From: Acidimicrobiales bacterium
GTDB lineage: Bacteria > Actinomycetota > Acidimicrobiia > Acidimicrobiales > JBBRAZ01
DNA length: 64,000 bases
NCBI GenBank assembly: GCA_038206295.1
Contig: JBBRAZ010000006.1
Coordinates: forward strand, 48,734 to 112,733
Direction of reading: 5' to 3'
Shown: piece after piece, positions 24,107 through 31,357 of the stretch
Numbering within the stretch: position 1 is the first letter of the stretch
Layout: every line of letters starts with the position of its first letter
The notes under the pieces: generated by a model
Seen by the model: the letters and a program-made list of their open reading frames with translations, nothing else
Told to the model about the DNA's origin: nothing
The model's database searches: none
Translations under genes and position numbers: made by a program

Positions 24107-24604
24107 GTGGACCTTTGGGGACGGCTTTCAAACCCTCGTCGCGTCGTGGAAATCCTTGCAGGACAGGGGTCAGCGAGCCCGCAGCGCCTGCCGAAGGCCC
24201 TTGACGACACGCGAAATCGGGCCTCGGAGGGCCCGTTGGGCTCGGTCCCGGAGGAAGAGGGACGGCTTTCAAACCCTGTTCAGCGGCGACTGTCCGAGCA
24301 CGACGTCGACAAGCTCGTCGGTGCCTACCTCGACGGATCATCGATCGACGCACTCGCCACGTCGATCGGCGTGAACCGGACGACCATCATCACCCACCTC
24401 GACCGCCGCGGCATCGCACGCCGGAGGTCGGTCCGCAAGATGACCGACCGCTCCGTCCGCCAGGCAGCGAAGCGCTACGAGGCGGGCGAGTCGCTGAAGG
24501 TCGTCGCGAGTCGGTTCGACGTCGACGCGAGGACCCTCGCCAGGGAGTTCAGGCGAGCCGGCATCGAGACTCGCCCTCGGCGTGGTTGGCACCCCCCTGC
24601 CTGA
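24107..24604 (+). CDS. Tandem-HTH DNA-binding protein (resolvase/sigma-70 region-4-like HTH x2), probable mobile-element remnant; start uncertain
   Basis: ORF track 165 aa. RRLSEHDVDKLVGAYLDGSSIDALATSIGVNRTTIITHLDRRGIARRR and VRQAAKRYEAGESLKVVASRFDVDARTLAREFRRAGIETRPRRGW are two HTH units. No catalytic recombinase domain is present. Confidence 0.55.
   Translation: MDLWGRLSNPRRVVEILAGQGSASPQRLPKALDDTRNRASEGPLGSVPEEEGRLSNPVQRRLSEHDVDKLVGAYLDGSSIDALATSIGVNRTTIITHLDRRGIARRRSVRKMTDRSVRQAAKRYEAGESLKVVASRFDVDARTLAREFRRAGIETRPRRGWHPPA
24118..24277. repeat. 19-nt direct repeat pair (gggacggctttcaaaccct) 141 nt apart in the 5' part of the HTH ORF
   Basis: The copies lie at 24118-24136 and 24259-24277. 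In the ORF frame each encodes GRLSNP. Confidence 0.7.
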
Positions 24605-24650
24605 TCCGACTCGTCCATCTCCAGAGCTTGGGCGACCTCGCACCATGGGG

Positions 24651-25850
24651 CTAGACCTCGCAAACTGCGATCGTCGGCGCGTCGCGTCGGGCCTTCTCGG
24701 TTGCCGTCGGCAGCTCGGCCAGCACCGTGTACTTCGTCTGGTGGAGTTCGATGCCGAGCGCCTCGGCGTCCCCGGCGGTCAGGCACTCGAGCAGGTCCTT
24801 GGATGCGAGGGTGCGACCACCGGACGCGCAGGCCTCGATGCGGGAAGCGTCGTTCACCTCGTCGCCGAGGGCGGTCACCTCACTGCGCCCGGCCGTCTGG
24901 ATCTGCCCGACGTAGAGGCGGGCGCCCCAGTGGAGCCCGAACCGGAACGTCACCGACTCGTCGCCCAGGTCACTGCGCTCGACCGCCGCCGCGACCACGC
25001 CGGGCAACGCTCGCGCCGCCTCGATGCACGACCGGGCCGCCACCGACTCCGACCCGGCGGTCTCGGCCAGGAAGAACCCGGTGACCCCGTCGCCGGCGTG
25101 GCGGCCGACGATGCCGCCGTGGTCGATGAGGCACTGGTCGATCCCGCGGACCAGCCGCCTCCCGAAGGCGAAGTACTGCGCGGTCGACACGCGCTTGGAC
25201 AGCGGGGTGGACGCCTCGAGATCCGCGAACAGGATGGCGCCGGGGCGGCGATCCGGGCGGGCCACCGCGCTCATCCGGTCGATGTGGCGTAGATCGGCGA
25301 GCTGCAGGGCCGAGAAGACCTGCGCCATCCCGGCAGTCGGCCGATAGTCGGTGAGCGTTCCGACGCAACGCCCCGCCGCGTCGTCCAACCGAACCATGAC
25401 GCCGCTGATGTCGGACCGCTCGCCGAAGGTTCGCAGGTCGGTACCCGTCGCCTCGGCGTGGTTCCCGCTCCAGATCATCGGCGGCAAGGCCGGTTCGATG
25501 TCGTTCACCAGGTCGACGAGGCTCGCGTCGACCCTTGCCCGGAGGACGTCACGTCCACCAGGAGTTCCGGACAGCACCCAGGGGCCTGCCAGGAGGAACT
25601 CTTGGTGACGGGAGTGGTCGCGGCCGAACGCCCGGCGCATGGACTCGGTGATCTCCGGCCCGAACCAGTGCTGCGGTGGATCGGTGGGCACGAAGTGGCC
25701 GCCGTCCCACCGCCTGAACTCGCTGGTCGCGTACACGAAGCACCACTCGGCGTCCCGCAGGATCGAACAGGCACGTGCGGCCTCGTACTCGGCCGCCACG
25801 GCTGCCAGCGTCGGGTCAGCTGGCAACGGCAGCGGCATGGTCTGATCCAT
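24651..25850 (-). CDS. Class III adenylate/guanylate cyclase with ~200-aa uncharacterised N-terminal domain
   Basis: ORF track 399 aa. The C-terminal half GAILFADLEASTPLSKR...GGIVGRHAGDGVTGFF...FRFGLHWGARLYVGQIQTAGRSEVTALGDEVNDASRIEA is the CYTH-unrelated class III cyclase catalytic pattern. Confidence 0.85.
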   Translation of the reverse strand: MDQTMPLPLPADPTLAAVAAEYEAARACSILRDAEWCFVYATSEFRRWDGGHFVPTDPPQHWFGPEITESMRRAFGRDHSRHQEFLLAGPWVLSGTPGGRDVLRARVDASLVDLVNDIEPALPPMIWSGNHAEATGTDLRTFGERSDISGVMVRLDDAAGRCVGTLTDYRPTAGMAQVFSALQLADLRHIDRMSAVARPDRRPGAILFADLEASTPLSKRVSTAQYFAFGRRLVRGIDQCLIDHGGIVGRHAGDGVTGFFLAETAGSESVAARSCIEAARALPGVVAAAVERSDLGDESVTFRFGLHWGARLYVGQIQTAGRSEVTALGDEVNDASRIEACASGGRTLASKDLLECLTAGDAEALGIELHQTKYTVLAELPTATEKARRDAPTIAVCEV

Positions 25851-25886
25851 CGCCCGACGCTAACGCGCGGGATTCCGCCACCACGC

Positions 25887-26376
25887 TGAAGCCTCGTTCC
25901 GATCCGCCCTCGACGGGGGTGGGCTGAGCCCCTTGTAGTGGTCCACCTGTTGTGCGAGTCCGATGCCCCACGATGGGGCGAAGGAGGACCACGACATGTC
26001 CAAGCGACGGCGGCATACGCCTGACCAGATCATCCGCAAGCTCGCCGAGGGCAACAAGCTGCTCGCTGGCGGGACCGAGCTCGACGAGGTGTGCCGGCAC
26101 CTCCAGATCGCCGAGTCGACGTGGCACCGGTGGGTCGCCCAGCACGGCGGCATTTGGCTAGTCAGACCACCCTCGACTGACGCTGCGAGTCCATCGAGAG
26201 GGCTGTCCCCAGCACCCGGGACCCGTCCGAATGGATGTTGGGCACTGGTCGTGTCGGAGGGGGAGACCCCACCGGCCCCCGATGAGCGGCTGGAGGCCGA
26301 CTCACTGTGGGACCGGTGCGATGGTCACGTGCTTGTGGAGGAACTTGCTACTGAGGCGCTCGGAACGCTCGAGTAG
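25887..26376. mobile_element. Internally deleted IS3-family insertion-sequence remnant (boundaries tentative)
   Basis: It contains only the first ~52 codons of an IS3/IS407-type OrfA. Putative imperfect terminal repeats are cgttccgatccgcc (25895-25908) against the rc of ggcgctcggaacg (26355-26367), plus gtagtgg..ccac / gtagcaag..ccac further in. Confidence 0.4.
25996..26152 (+). pseudogene. Truncated IS3-family transposase OrfA (N-terminal HTH only)
   Basis: ATG at 25996 follows aaggagga. MSKRRRHTPDQIIRKLAEGNKLLAGGTELDEVCRHLQIAESTWHRWVAQHGG matches the start of IS3/IS407-group OrfA proteins as I remember them (..FTxEQI..LRE.E.G..V.ELCR..GIS..TFY.WR.KYGG). The sequence then diverges into non-coding-looking DNA. 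Confidence 0.65.
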
Positions 26377-26386
26377 GTGAGCAGGC

Positions 26387-27016
26387 TCAGCCCCAGCTCC
26401 AGCTCCAGCTGTAGCTGTCGGTGGTGCTGTAGCCCCAGCTGTAGTTCCAGTCGGAGCCCCAATTGCTGGTGCAGTCGCTGCTGCTGCTGGTCGCAGTGGT
26501 GGTGGGGGTGGTAGTCGAACCGTCGCTGCCGTCTTCGGCCGGGTCACCGCAGTAGAACTGGATGTTGGAAATGTCCGGCGTGGGACTGCCGCTGACCGCG
26601 AGGTCGCCGTTGTCGAACGTCCCCGAGGTGGCGGGAGAGGCGAGCTCCTGGGCGAACTGCCCGTTGCCGCCCTTCACGATGATCGCCCCGATGGGCACGG
26701 TCGACGACCAGCTGCCGCCGGTGGCCGTGGTGCTGGTGAGCGTCACGACCGAGTCGTTGCCCGCAGGCCTCTCAAAGACGTACGCGCCGCCGACGACCTC
26801 GAACTTGGAGACCATGCCGTTCTCATCATCGATGGCATGGCAATCGCCCGCCGCAACTTCGTCCGCTGTGGGCGCCGGAACTGTCGTCGCCGTGGGCTCC
26901 GGGTCTGACGACGTGGAGTCGCTACCCCAAGAACTCCAGCCGAGCCAGCCGCTTCCGCAGCTCGTCAACAGCATGCTCATCACTGCAAGTGCGGCAATCC
27001 GATGTCGAATCTTCAT
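26387..27016 (-). CDS. Lipoprotein with unknown central domain and Trp/Ser/Tyr/Gly-rich C-terminal tail
   Basis: ORF 26387..27055. ATG at 27016 follows ggaggga. MKIRHRIAALAVMSMLLTSCGS is a lipobox (LTSC). The C-terminus is ...DCTSNWGSDWNYSWGYSTTDSYSWSWSWG. Confidence 0.75.
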   Translation of the reverse strand: MKIRHRIAALAVMSMLLTSCGSGWLGWSSWGSDSTSSDPEPTATTVPAPTADEVAAGDCHAIDDENGMVSKFEVVGGAYVFERPAGNDSVVTLTSTTATGGSWSSTVPIGAIIVKGGNGQFAQELASPATSGTFDNGDLAVSGSPTPDISNIQFYCGDPAEDGSDGSTTTPTTTATSSSSDCTSNWGSDWNYSWGYSTTDSYSWSWSWG

Positions 27017-27274
27017 AGTTCGAGTTCCCTCCAGCACCAACTGATCGTGACCCACGTCACTAGTGCCCCGTCGTCACCTATTCGCCTCGGCTTGAGTGCG
27101 ATAGGCCGTATGGCCTACTCCATCCGCGCTACTCCTGCGCGAGCCGGCCAGGACCGCTTGTCTGGGCGACCCGTGCCTGCCCGATCGCGCCACTCCACCG
27201 GAGATCCCCCTGCAGCCGGACGAAGCCATGCCCGGCAAGGACTGCACGGCAGGGATGATCGGTTTGGCGCAGCG

Positions 27275-28063
27275 CTACCTGAACCAACAGAGTTGCTCAG
27301 ATGTTGCCAACAGGGCGCCCTCTCGGCTCCAGATGCTGGCGTGATGACCAGAGGTCGAACTCTCGCCGCGGGTCCCGATCGCCTCGACGAGGAGGTAGTC
27401 GCTGCCGACTGCTGCGATCTCGTCAGCCGTGCCGTGAATGTGCAATGACATGGTCAGCGTGGACGACGGTCGCGGGCCCTCGCCCCAGAAGAACGACCGA
27501 GGCGCCATTTGGTCCGCGATGTAGGCGAGCTGGGGGTAATCGACGGTGCGGCCGTCCATCGACTTGATCCAGTGCAGCGATCTCGTGTCGTCGCGTCCGT
27601 ATGGGGGATGGCCAGCGATCGGTCGAATCAGCGTCTGATGCCCCTGGGCCCCTGGCGCATGGAACTCTTCGAGCGTGTCTGGGCCCGGGGCTTCCGGCAT
27701 CAGGGCCTGCACGTGTCCGTCGGAAGGCCGGCGCGCTGTCATCACCACGGTGGCGGCCGCGTAGGTCGCCGCGTCGTCGGTCGAGGACGCATCGACACGC
27801 CAATGCTGCACAGAACGGCCGCCGCCGATCTTCGCGACCTTGAGTGAGACCGTAGAACCGCCAGCGATCGACGCGACGAACTGTGTGGTGAGAGCCGATG
27901 GTGCAAAGCCCTCGTCGCCGGCCTGGATCACCGCCTCGAGCGCGACAGCTGCTGTCCACCCTCCGAACATGCCGCTGATCGACTCATGGTCTGGATCGGC
28001 ATGCGCGACGAAGCGACCCTCGCCATCTGGGTGGACGATCAACGCGCCGCCCAAACCAGCCAT
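27275..28063 (-). CDS. Acyl-CoA thioesterase (TesB-like double hot-dog) family protein
   Basis: ORF track 262 aa. The length and motifs ...GMFGGWTAAVALEAV..., ...SLKVAKIGGGRSVQHWRV... and ...SSTSGHHASIWSREGALLATSEQLCWFR resemble acyl-CoA thioesterase II-like proteins. Confidence 0.7.
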   Translation of the reverse strand: MAGLGGALIVHPDGEGRFVAHADPDHESISGMFGGWTAAVALEAVIQAGDEGFAPSALTTQFVASIAGGSTVSLKVAKIGGGRSVQHWRVDASSTDDAATYAAATVVMTARRPSDGHVQALMPEAPGPDTLEEFHAPGAQGHQTLIRPIAGHPPYGRDDTRSLHWIKSMDGRTVDYPQLAYIADQMAPRSFFWGEGPRPSSTLTMSLHIHGTADEIAAVGSDYLLVEAIGTRGESSTSGHHASIWSREGALLATSEQLCWFR

Positions 28064-28171
28064 TCAGTCATCCTCCCGAACCGCACCGGCGGTGGCCCTG
28101 CGCGCCCACGGTGTCTACCAGAGACGTTGCATGCCGGCCGGGGGGCCTCGCGGGCAATCAGTTTCCCGGCA

Positions 28172-28423
28172 ATGACAACCGGTGCAGTCCTGGTCGCCTC
28201 CTGGGAGGAACCAGCCGTGGTCCGCGGTTTCGCCGCCTGCTGCGGCCACTCGGGTCTGCAGCAGACCCATGCGGCAACCAACGAGCATGACCTCGGCGTC
28301 TGCATCTGGGAAGGCGAGTCGGTCGACGCAGTCCGTGAGGTTGTCGAGGGCGCCGTCGGACCATGGGCGACCAACGAGTACTACGAGATGCACGTGGACG
28401 GGCTCACGCCGGCTCTCGCGTAG
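28172..28423 (+). CDS. Small hypothetical protein (83 aa)
   Basis: ATG at 28172, in frame with ORF 27986..28423. The composition looks coding (MTTGAVLVASWEEPAVVRGFAACCGHSG...VCIWEGESVDAVREVVEGAVGPWATNEYYEMHVDG). It is followed by a strong hairpin. Confidence 0.5.
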   Translation: MTTGAVLVASWEEPAVVRGFAACCGHSGLQQTHAATNEHDLGVCIWEGESVDAVREVVEGAVGPWATNEYYEMHVDGLTPALA

Positions 28424-28467
28424 CCACCGGTCGAGCGCGACGACCCGGTGGTCGATCCAGTGGATTG

Positions 28468-28502
28468 CTGACCGGGGCCCGTTCGGAACGGGCCCCGGTC
28501 AG
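28468..28502. terminator. 35-nt perfect palindrome (17-bp stem) downstream of 28172-28423
   Basis: ctgaccggggcccgttc g gaacgggccccggtcag pairs perfectly around nt 28485. There is no U-tract. Confidence 0.5.
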
Positions 28503-28519
28503 CATGCTGCTGCATCCCA

Positions 28520-28553
28520 TCGAAATCACAACGTTGTAGTTTCGACAACACCC
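28520..28553. repeat. Palindrome-containing motif abutting tRNA-half copy C
   Basis: tcgaaatcacaacgttgtagtttcgacaacaccc. It is a ~26-nt near-palindrome centred on acaac|gttgt. It aligns with 17464-17490. Confidence 0.7.
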
Positions 28554-28583
28554 GTGGGCGCTGAGGGACTCGAACCCCCGACC
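28554..28583 (-). repeat. Copy C of the tRNA-Val 3' end (T-arm plus acceptor only)
   Basis: gtgggcgctgagggactcgaacccccgacc is identical (30/30) to 38024-38053. Similarity is lost beyond the variable loop. Confidence 0.65.
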
Positions 28584-28742
28584 TCTGCCGTGTGAACGAC
28601 GTTCCACTGCCGGTCACGTCTACCTCGATCAGGCGCCGATGGTCGCCAAGGGCCACCGGTCCTCAGGTCGTGCACCGGGCGATGTCGACGGTCGACTCGT
28701 TGGGGCAACCACCCCGTGGTGGACGGCGCCCGTGGCCTGCGC

Positions 28743-29207
28743 TCACGAACGTGGCGAGAGCCGTGCTGCGACTTCGAGAGCAGCAAGCGAGCCTGGGAGC
28801 TCGGTGCGTGCGAGCTGACGAGAGCGGATCCGGACGAGCAGGGCGCGGCGCCAGAAGCTTCGGGGGTGCAGCTCGCACGCGACGGTCACGAGCGCGCCGT
28901 CGGCGCGATCAGCGACCACCCAGGTCCACAGGGCATGGGAGGGGTTGCCGTCGTCGGTGGCTGACCGGTAGGCGAAGCATCGGCCGACGGTGTCGAAGAC
29001 CTCGACTGCTGATCGGCTGTGCCAGCGCTGACCGAGGGCATGCATCGCGACGACCCACTGGGCACCGACGTCGAGGTGGTCGGGTCGTTCGAGGACGGAG
29101 GTGATCGCGTCGTTCCAGTCCGGGAGGCGCGCGATGTCGGTGATCGTGTCGAAGACGTCGTCGGGTGATGCAGCGACGACGCGCGAGGCGCTTGCGTGGC
29201 TGGTCAT
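28743..29207 (-). CDS. SRPBCC (START/polyketide cyclase-dehydrase-like) family protein
   Basis: ORF track 154 aa. ...VVAASPDDVFDTITDIARLPDWNDAITSV...WVVAMHALGQRWHSRSAV... is the typical SRPBCC N-terminal pattern. Confidence 0.75.
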   Translation of the reverse strand: MTSHASASRVVAASPDDVFDTITDIARLPDWNDAITSVLERPDHLDVGAQWVVAMHALGQRWHSRSAVEVFDTVGRCFAYRSATDDGNPSHALWTWVVADRADGALVTVACELHPRSFWRRALLVRIRSRQLARTELPGSLAALEVAARLSPRS

Positions 29208-29225
29208 GATCGTGGCCGCCGGCGC

Positions 29226-29588
29226 TCAGTAGCTGAAGGTCGTTGCGCCGTCGCCGATCCACTCCCACATCGGGATGGTGCCTTGGAGCTCGGCGCCCGC
29301 GATGAGCGTGCTGTTGTCGAGCTCCTTGGCGTTGAAGCACACCGGGCAGACGAAGTAGCGGCCGCCGGCGGCCTCGTAGCGCTTGACGAGGTCGGCGAGG
29401 GGCGGGCAGCCGTCGCATGCGACGCCGATCGCGATGCCGACGAGGCCGAGGCGCACGGCTTCCTTGGAGAGGAACATGAGGGTCTCGCGACCGGACTCGG
29501 CGGCGCCGACGGCAACGAGGTACGCGACGGTGACCTTCTCGGGGTCCTCGAGCCCGGTGGTCAGGGAGATGACTGCCTTGTTCGCCAT
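29226..29588 (-). CDS. DsrE/DsrF-like sulfur-relay family protein
   Basis: ORF track 120 aa: MANKAVISLTTGLEDPEKVTVAYLVAVGAAESGRETLMFLSKEAV...YFVCPVCFNAKELD.... Confidence 0.8.
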   Translation of the reverse strand: MANKAVISLTTGLEDPEKVTVAYLVAVGAAESGRETLMFLSKEAVRLGLVGIAIGVACDGCPPLADLVKRYEAAGGRYFVCPVCFNAKELDNSTLIAGAELQGTIPMWEWIGDGATTFSY

Positions 29589-29701
29589 GGTGCTTCCTCT
29601 CGGCTGTGCAGGGTTGGTGCATCGTCGAACATCAGGAGGCCTGAGAGTGGAGATCCCATGGCCAGCTCGACGTGGATGGTTTGAACACCCAAGGAGGAAG
29701 G

Positions 29702-29750
29702 TACGGAGGTCGCGCCGCCGGGTCGTCCGGTGTTCGCCCTACAAATCGAG
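29702..29750. repeat. ~49-nt direct repeat, copy 1 (contains the last codons and stop of the LuxR-type gene)
   Basis: The 25-nt core tccggtgttcgccctacaaatcgag (29726-29750) is identical to 32273-32297. The flanking 24 nt are about 60-80 percent similar (tacgga..gggtc). Confidence 0.75.
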
Positions 29751-31313
29751 GGGTTCGAGCGAGTCCAGCAGTCCGTTCTGCATGGCGAACAGCGTGGCCG
29801 TCGATCGCGTCGAGGCGCCGATCTTGACGTAGATCCGCTCGATGTGGGTGCCCGCCGTCTTGGGGGTGATGCCCAGCTTCTGGGCGACCTGACGATTCGA
29901 CGCTCCCCGCGAGATGAGCGTCAGGACCTCGATCTCCCGCGGCGTCAGGCCAGCGGGTCCGGCGGCCCGCTTCGGTCGGCGCTCCCCGGCGGCGACGAGC
30001 ACCGCGTCAACGGCGTCGGCAGCGAGGCGACCGGCGCGAACCTCGCTGCGAAGCTCGCCCGCCGCTTCCTTCCCGGAGCGCGCGGGCCTGTAGGCGCGGG
30101 GCTCGCGCATCGCCTGGTACGCGCATGCCGCTGCGAGGATCCGCCCGAGGGTGGGGATCGCTGATCCGGACAGGCCCCGGTGATAGCCCGACCCGTCGAG
30201 GCGTTCGTTCGCCATCGACGCGATGGCACCGATCCGCGCCAGAGCCGGTGGCCGCGCAAGGGTCCGTTCTGTGTAGTACGAGTGCATCCGCATCCGTTCG
30301 GATTCGGTCGCCGTCAGCGGGCCGGGCTTGTCGAGGATGTTCGACGGCACGCCGTGCATGCCGACGTCATGCACCAGGCCGGCGCGGCGGAGCAGCATCA
30401 GGTCCTCGGGAGCGAGGCCGCACGACTCCCCCGCTCGAGCTGCGAGGTCGGCGACCGCGCGCGAATGGCCTGATCGGCATCGTGAGCGCAGGTCGGTGAA
30501 GTCGGCGATCGCCTCCAGCGCGGTGTCGAGCTGCGACTCGGTGAGCCGCTGCTGCAGCCTCGGGTCGCTCGCGATCTCGGCGGCAAGATCCGGTATGTCG
30601 TCCATGCCCCGGAACAGCTCGTCCGCGGCAGCACAGAACTCGTCGACGATCGACGGGTCGAACTGCTTGCCCCGCCGTGACCGGGCCAGCTCGACCGCAG
30701 CGTCGGCGCCGCCGTGCTGATGGAACACCTCGACGTTGTCGGCCAGCTGGAACAACCGAATCGACCGGGCGATCTCCTCGCCGCCGATGCCGCTGGGGAC
30801 CCCTGTGCCGTCCCATCGGGTGAAGACCTGTTGCAGCGGGTCGCACACCTCCTCGCCGAGCCCGAGACGCTGCGCCATCTGCGCGGTGGTGAGGCAATGC
30901 GCCATCAGCCCGCGCTCGATCGCCTTGCCGCCGGTCGCGACGAGCGTGCCGGCGAGACGCAGCCGGTTCAAGGCCGGGCTTCCGAGGCCCACGTGACGCA
31001 GCGCGAAGCGCTGCATGGGCAGGCCGGCGAAGTCCACCTCGTAGCTGTCACGACGGAACGCGATGTCGTCGCCGAACCAGGTGGCGACCTCCGGGGTGTC
31101 GGCCACGCACCCCACCCACGCCAACATCACCACGTAGTACAGCGCAGCGGCGTCGTCGTTCTCGATGCCCATGCGGTCGCCGAGACGGGTCGCGATCACC
31201 CACGAGCGCAGCACGTGCTCCATCGGCTGGCCCATGCCGAGATCCGTCGCCAGCGAGAAGGCGGCAACGACCTCGGCCAAGCGGACGCCCGAATCTCGCT
31301 GGTCGGATGACAC
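29739..31313 (-). CDS. Transcriptional regulator with two HD(-GYP-like) domains and a C-terminal LuxR-type HTH
   Basis: ORF track 524 aa. It shows ...ALYYVVMLAWVGCV.. and ..LLRRAGLVHDVGMHGVP...ERMRMHSYYTERTL...ANERLDGSGYHRGL (HD-domain-like). The C-terminal LTPREIEVLTLISRGASNRQVAQKLGITPKTAGTHIERIYVKIG is a LuxR/FixJ HTH. Confidence 0.85.
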   Translation of the reverse strand: MSSDQRDSGVRLAEVVAAFSLATDLGMGQPMEHVLRSWVIATRLGDRMGIENDDAAALYYVVMLAWVGCVADTPEVATWFGDDIAFRRDSYEVDFAGLPMQRFALRHVGLGSPALNRLRLAGTLVATGGKAIERGLMAHCLTTAQMAQRLGLGEEVCDPLQQVFTRWDGTGVPSGIGGEEIARSIRLFQLADNVEVFHQHGGADAAVELARSRRGKQFDPSIVDEFCAAADELFRGMDDIPDLAAEIASDPRLQQRLTESQLDTALEAIADFTDLRSRCRSGHSRAVADLAARAGESCGLAPEDLMLLRRAGLVHDVGMHGVPSNILDKPGPLTATESERMRMHSYYTERTLARPPALARIGAIASMANERLDGSGYHRGLSGSAIPTLGRILAAACAYQAMREPRAYRPARSGKEAAGELRSEVRAGRLAADAVDAVLVAAGERRPKRAAGPAGLTPREIEVLTLISRGASNRQVAQKLGITPKTAGTHIERIYVKIGASTRSTATLFAMQNGLLDSLEPLDL

Positions 31314-31357
31314 CGCGGCAGCCTATGGGGGCGGTGGATCCGCGTGCTGTCCGCCGC

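Noticed and set aside
24651-25850. The island-borne nucleotide cyclase as part of a Pycsar/CBASS-like cyclic-nucleotide defence system.
   Set aside because: No adjacent effector gene (cNMP-binding, TIR, TM or nuclease) exists on either side. The neighbours are an HTH remnant on the opposite strand and an IS fragment.
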